This document shows positions 59,297 to 64,000 of a stretch of 64,000 bases of DNA, one piece after another. The DNA lies in assembly GCF_009914755.1 (NCBI RefSeq), contig NC_060933.1; one strand, given 5' to 3'. Source of the stretch: the human T2T-CHM13v2.0 reference genome, Homo sapiens. The notes beneath the pieces were generated by a model. The model did not search any database and had not been told where the DNA came from. It saw nothing but the letters and a program-made list of their open reading frames with translations. A program made the translations under genes and the position numbers. Numbering within the stretch: position 1 is the stretch's first letter; each line of letters starts with the position of its first letter.

Positions 59297-60483
59297 TAAA
59301 ATAGAATAATCCGTTAAAAAAATTGATCACAATGAAAGAGGAAAAAAAAGCAGCTCACAGGAATTTTCTACAGAGGCATACAAAGATACACTCTCTAAAC
59401 AAGAAAACCATTATCTAGTGAATGTTCATCAGAAACTAGAATATTCACTTTTGTTTAAGTAAAACTTTCACTAATTATATAGAGGGTTATACTTCCTATT
59501 GAGATAATTTATCACTATAGCCAAAGTTTCAGTGTAGAAAAACACCCCTGCTCATCAGTGTCTGGGATAGAAGTAAAACAGAGGATACTGCTTGAAACAA
59601 AACTGCTTAGACCAGCACACTTCTCTGATTTGTCAATGTCACTGATTTAAAAATGAAAGTTAATACCTTTTAAGATATCTGTACAATTCTAGGGCAGCTG
59701 TTTCAGAAGGTCAAATGACTCACAGCCAATGGGGAACTAGAGAGATATCTGAGGATTTGGCTGGTAAACCAGACTTTCACTGACAGGGTCCCCTTTGGGG
59801 CTGTGGTAGAGGTTCTCTTAAAAGACAGAGCAGCTTAAAGAAATCACTGAGGATTTTCACTATTACAACAACAAAATGATACTGAAGTGCTATATTGATT
59901 TTAAATTTGACAAAACGACAGAATCCCTGACAAAACAGAACCATTACTGTGGAATAAATCAGTTAGATTCTGGATCAGCCCCATTATTATTCATATCATC
60001 ACAAGTGCTTTCTAAGATGTTGTCACCAGATTAGGGCACAAAGTGGGGAAGAGAGCTGGAAGGGCTTCTCCTTAAAGAGTATGGTTATTGTACTTCACTT
60101 CCATGCTTAATCATTTGATAACACTCACCCACAGTTGCTATTTTGGATACTCTATAAAATTCCCAGGCAGTTACCCATTTAATCTAACATAAATATGTGT
60201 TAAAATCTTTTCTGCTATTTCTCAAGGTCACGTGTTTGCCCATGGAACTTAGAGTACTGGCATCTCACTCAGTCACCGCAACAATGGCTTAAATCCTTCT
60301 TGACAGGTGGTACCTCTGTGTTCCTAGTGGCATCATACCACAGAAGGCTTCTCCCTCACACTAATGGGACTGAATCAATAACATCAGACTAAAAACATTA
60401 ACCTTAGGAGTCTTATTATTCTGAAAAATATAATAAAACCTTCAGAATAAAGGTTTTATTATTAAAACTCAGACCCAATTAAA

Positions 60484-60704
60484 ATTTTACAAATGAGAAA
60501 GTTAGAACTTTGAGAAGTTAGATTACCCAACTTTACATAGTTTATAACTGATTCTTGTTCTCAAAGGCAACTCTGTGTGACTGTGAAGCCCCAGCACAGG
60601 CTCCCATAAAAAGGGCGTTTCCATTTACTACAATATTTAAGAATCCACAAAAAATGGTTTTTTTCAAAACCCTACAGTTAGAAGCAAGTTGCTCAAATAT
60701 TACC
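60484..60704 (+). repeat. Direct repeat copy 2 (inserted), flanked by a 17-bp direct repeat
   Basis: tcagacccaattaaaat at 60469-60485 and 60729-60745. Confidence 0.95.
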
Positions 60705-60837
60705 AAATATTACCAATATTACCAATAATCAGACCCAATTAAAATCAGAGAGAAAAAAAGTAACACAAGGCTGTGTAGCTCATGCACTACTAATATAGCC
60801 CATTGACTATTTAACTCATAGGATGCCTTTTAAAATA

Positions 60838-60988
60838 GTTTTTATTGTGGTAAAATATATATCCCATAAAATCTACCATTTTAACCATTTTAAGTGTACA
60901 GTTCAGTGGCATTAAATATATTCACATTGTTGTTCAACCACCACCTGCATCCAGCCCCTGAACTCATTTCATCCTACAGCTGAAACTC
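60838..60988 (-). mobile_element. L1MB 3'-end fragment
   Basis: tttttattgtggtaaaata...ttttaagtgtacagttcagtggcattaa. Confidence 0.8.
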
Positions 60989-62769
60989 AAATCTTCTGAA
61001 TAATTTGTGAAGTTGGCAACACACCATGCTGACCCTTAATTTGTGAAGAAGGCCCACAAGTATTAGAAAGATCCATTTGTAGAGGTGTCACTTGATGTGA
61101 CATTCCTTGCTAGCACAGATCCATCTCAAACAAACTTCTAAAGCTTGGGCTACTCTGCTCAACTCTAAATCCACATGAAGAAATGTCTCCTATTCAATTG
61201 GCACCACATCCTAGCAGGATTTTGTGTTCTTTTTTCTCTACACTTTGCTTTTCAGATGGATTTTATATCTATACATCTTTATCTATATTATGTGTATACA
61301 TATATACATATATTTTGCTTTGCAGGAGGATCATTTATGTGTGTGTATGTGTATATATATATATATATATATGAGAATGTTTCATAAGGACAAATACACC
61401 ACTAAGTCTCTCATTCCTTTGCTATTGTAGAAATGGAGTTAGGAAACAAGGTGAAAAAGAGCCCTTTCACAGCCAGAGACTGTTTCTTTACCTTCTTGGA
61501 AACTGTAACCCTTACAGGAATTGTGCAAGAATTAAATGTGGGAGTGCTGGAAACCCAGAGCACACAGCCTTATGCACAAAGAGCTCTTCATAAATGGTAG
61601 ATGGCATTAGCTTCAAGTTTAGAAACAATGTTTTCTTTTTGCTTCCTAGCCAGGAAAAGCCCTTTTGCTTCAAGCGACTAAAGAATGTTCTCTAACTTCC
61701 TGAGTGTTGTGTGTGTGTACTTGCCTCTGCTAATGTTTAGTTTGCCTTACAAGGACAATCTGCCTGACTTCGTGTTGGATAAAGGGAAGCTGTACATGAA
61801 GATGGAGAGATACAGAAGGAAACAAGCCATGATTTCAGTAACCCAGTGGCCATGACAGCCAGAGGCAGAATGAAGGCCGACTGAAACTAGATATCCGCTG
61901 ACCACCTCTGGACCCACAGGTGCAGCTGTTTGGAATGACACCACACCTGGCAGCAGGGCTGACGTGTCCTGCAGACCTGCTCTTCCTCTGACTCACTGTG
62001 TCGCTGCCCACCACTGGCTCACGGCTTGGTAGCTACCCAGCCACACCCTCAGCCTCCCTTTTCCCTACTGTCGACCAACTGTGTGTCTGGCATGTAACAC
62101 ACACTCAGACTGAGAATGTTTCTGTCTCTGTGCTAACTGCAGTGTCTGCCATCCTTTCCTGCTCTCTCATAGCAGGTACCGAGTCAGTCCAGACAGCTGC
62201 TGCCTCTGGGCTCAGTGCTGATGGGCAGATCTCCAACCTCTGACCTTCCTTCTGCCTCCTCCATTAGTTCCACTCACATTTGCTCCAGTCAGGCCCGGAA
62301 AATAAAGATAACAATTAGGAACAAATACACACAGGCCATGGGAGATCTACTAATGCACTTTGTCCACTGCCCCAAAAACGTCCCATGACAGCTGGTGGAC
62401 ACTTTTTTAGATTTCCCAGTTAGAGCGGTTCTACATTTTGGATCTCAAAAATTCTCAACACTGATAAAGACCAGTGAAACAAGAATTCAGTTATAGCAAA
62501 TTGTATGTTCTTTGTCAGAAAGTTTTAAAAAACAAAGTCCAATAATATTATTCAGAGAACATTTTCTTTCTTTGCATAAAATCTTCCTAGTGAATAGAGA
62601 CAGACAGGGAAAAAACAAAATTCCATACATGGGAACAAGAAATAACGACTTCCATAAGGAAACACAAAACCAGGGAAGACACAGGCTGGAGGCGGGTGGG
62701 GTGGGGAGGGCAGTGGGAGCTGTGTGCGTGCGTGTCTGCGTGTGTGTGTTCTGTGCACATTAGGGGTTA

Positions 62770-63540
62770 GGTTATCTAGAAGAATTCTATCAGGAAGAGA
62801 TAATTTACCCAAGAAACGAATTGAGGAAGCTATCTATGCTATAGGGGAAAATTTCAGAGATACTGAATAGCTAGTACAAAGATGGATCTTGCTTGACATT
62901 TTTAAAGAGCAGCTAGAAGAACAACATAGCACAAAATATTTGAAGCCACAGATAAGCAGAGAATACGGTCGAAGTTGCTTATTTCTTTTTATCTAAATAA
63001 GGTCAGTTCTTTATTGAAAATGACTACATTCATATGGTGCATAAAATATGTGGCAATTTACAGCAAGAATTAAAGAAAATAAAATTCTATAGATTTAAAT
63101 TGGAAGCCAGTTGCAAAGGCAGAAGCAAGATGGGATGTGAAGCTGTGACAATGGTCCAGGTAAGAGATGGTGGGCAACTGGGCTGTCATGGTAATAACAG
63201 AGGTGAGGGAAAGTTGTCAGACTCCACATATACTCTGAAGCTGTGACTGACATGATCTGTCTAACGACTGAGTTGACAGGATATGCCTATGGATTGATCG
63301 TGGAGTGTGAAGGAATGGAAGTCATTGGTAACTCCACGCATATTGGCTCAAGCCAACAACTGGTAAATGCTGTGATATTTACTGAGAGGTGGAAGCCCAG
63401 GGGCAATAGGGTTTGGTGATGGGAAGGATATGGAGATAATAAACTTAGTTTTGGACGTGACTATTTGACATCCGAAAGGAAATGGAGTCTGGTGCTCAGA
63501 GGGGAACTTGAAACCTATGTCAGGGATGGATAATATCCTG
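62770..63540 (-). mobile_element. L2 relics
   Basis: gtccaggtaagagatggtg...atatactctgaag...tagttttggacgtgactatttgac. Boundaries approximate. Confidence 0.6.
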
Positions 63541-64000
63541 AATATATCTAATTCCAACCAGAAGAAAATTTCACAATGAATTAAAAAGTTCTATATTTCC
63601 TTGCAGATTTAATTCTTTATTCTTTCAGAAATAAGTGAAAAATAGACATGAGGGAAAATGGCTTGTCAGTGATTGCTAATCTGGGACTATGGTTAATAGA
63701 ATGTTATGGTATAATCTCTCAGCATGATTCCAGGACATGGTTAGGTGGATTTCTAAATATCTTTTCTCTCTTTCTGATTCAGAACATTTGTTCTTATTAG
63801 GCCATGTGGCTTTTTAAGGCCATTCCTATTACTACTACTATATATATGTATATATATATATATACACACACACATGATTATCCCAGAAAATTATCTTTTA
63901 TCTTCCCTCTTCTGTTGTTTATTCTTTTGACCTTGTTTGAGTAATGGCACCTTTTAAAATGATGTAGCAGATGAGGAGATTATTCACCTCAAGTGAGTCT

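Noticed and set aside
60129-60183. Possible 55-nt cassette exon on the minus strand with a strong TGG|GTGAGT donor
   Set aside because: The acceptor lacks a polypyrimidine tract, the length shifts the frame, and there is no similarity to Caspr sequence; the true upstream exon appears to lie beyond the window.
61086-61102. tgtcac-N5-gtgaca palindrome
   Set aside because: A 6-bp stem is expected by chance many times in 64 kb.

Overview
Primate (almost certainly human) genomic DNA from inside a contactin-associated protein-like 3 gene (CNTNAP3/Caspr3, or one of its near-identical chromosome 9 paralogues such as CNTNAP3B), transcribed on the minus strand. Five internal coding exons are present, all with GT-AG ends and forming one continuous reading frame: 22540-22687, 7557-7760, 6718-6902, 5349-5492 and 769-1030. 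They encode the end of the F5/8C discoidin domain and laminin-G domains 1-2, and probably correspond to exons 4-8. Everything right of 22687 is one intron longer than 41 kb. The rest is repeat-rich intron: about 19 Alus, several L1s, L2/MIR relics, solo LTRs (MLT2, LTR8-type, MER41B, MST/MLT1A), MER DNA-transposon fossils, a dead 7SL retrocopy and microsatellites. I found no new protein-coding system; the other ORF-track entries are repeat-derived or spurious. The most interesting signals are structural: (1) an ancient L1 3' transduction that terminated at a captured MaLR LTR poly(A) signal, bounded by a 16-bp TSD; (2) a ~220-bp templated insertion copied from 1.4 kb away, with a 17-bp TSD and junction stutter, next to a perfect 13-bp hairpin; (3) a MER41B LTR with two intact GAS sites and a private 19-bp duplication; (4) inverted-Alu architecture around exons 5-7/8 that predicts circRNAs, one of them with a stop-free circular frame; (5) a twin-priming L1 inversion; (6) a triple Alu inside a single TSD. 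Repeat subfamily calls come from remembered consensus sequences, not from a RepeatMasker run.
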